From: an uncultured delta proteobacterium | Lineage (GTDB): Bacteria; Desulfobacterota; Desulfobacteria; Desulfobacterales; JAFDCJ01 | Direction of reading: 5' to 3' | Assembly (NCBI GenBank): GCA_963769935.1 | Contig: CAVYNY010000009.1 | Location: 1-64,000 of the forward strand | DNA: 64,000 nucleotides | Shown: positions 63,832-64,000 of the stretch, one piece after another | How positions within the stretch are numbered: position 1 is the first letter of the stretch | Layout of the letters: each line of letters opens with the position of its first letter | Made by a program: the position numbers and the translations under genes | Notes under the pieces: model-generated | Told to the model about the DNA's origin: nothing | The model's database searches: none | The model's input: the letters and a program-made list of their open reading frames with translations, nothing else

Positions 63832-64000
63832 TCGTCTCGGAAATTTTACAATTTAATGAAAATGCGGAGAACTTTATCTAATTATAAGCCATGCGCCGGG
63901 CTAACTGGGCAAAGTTTTGTGCTTCATCATACCACCAATACCGGGATCCCCACCCTGTGACGCACCGGATCAACCGTTTGTCCCCAAAGCAGGTCGCCGA

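Overview
Bacterial chromosomal window, probably from a Desulfobacterota (deltaproteobacterial) genome; this is inferred from gene content and repeat style. 1-15.4 kb is a decaying accessory region. It holds an intact IS1595 element, a RAYT remnant and a BrnT/BrnA TA pair, then an ~11.5 kb integrase-less island bounded by a 48-bp direct repeat of the tRNA-Arg(TCG) 3' half (3852-3899 vs the tRNA at 15415-15514). Island cargo: a TIR-transmembrane-3x(CxxC beta-sandwich) receptor-like protein, a DUF4062::TIR pseudogene, a broken HepT/MNT pair, a hairpin-carrying MITE with IS1595-type ends, a zinc-ribbon/class III cyclase/STAND/TPR protein, a saccharopine-dehydrogenase-like enzyme, and IS1595 and IS110 remnants. 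The IS110 remnant has a bridge-RNA-like 3' region. 15.4-64 kb is core genome: tRNA-Arg, tRNA-His, selB, hemW, HIT, aat-clpA-clpS, secA, an M23 peptidase under a c-di-GMP-I riboswitch, folD (with an in-frame TAG), argC, REC-PAS, TPR-PilB/GspE, DegP/Q, a Gld-like ABC system, polar and branched-chain amino-acid ABC systems, Lrp, gcvH-PA-PB-lipB-lipA (no gcvT in the window), alr, a hydrolase, serB and a hydantoinase-family gene. Several core genes carry indels that look like sequencing error, so single-base anomalies need read-level confirmation. All calls come from motif recognition by eye; no searches were run.
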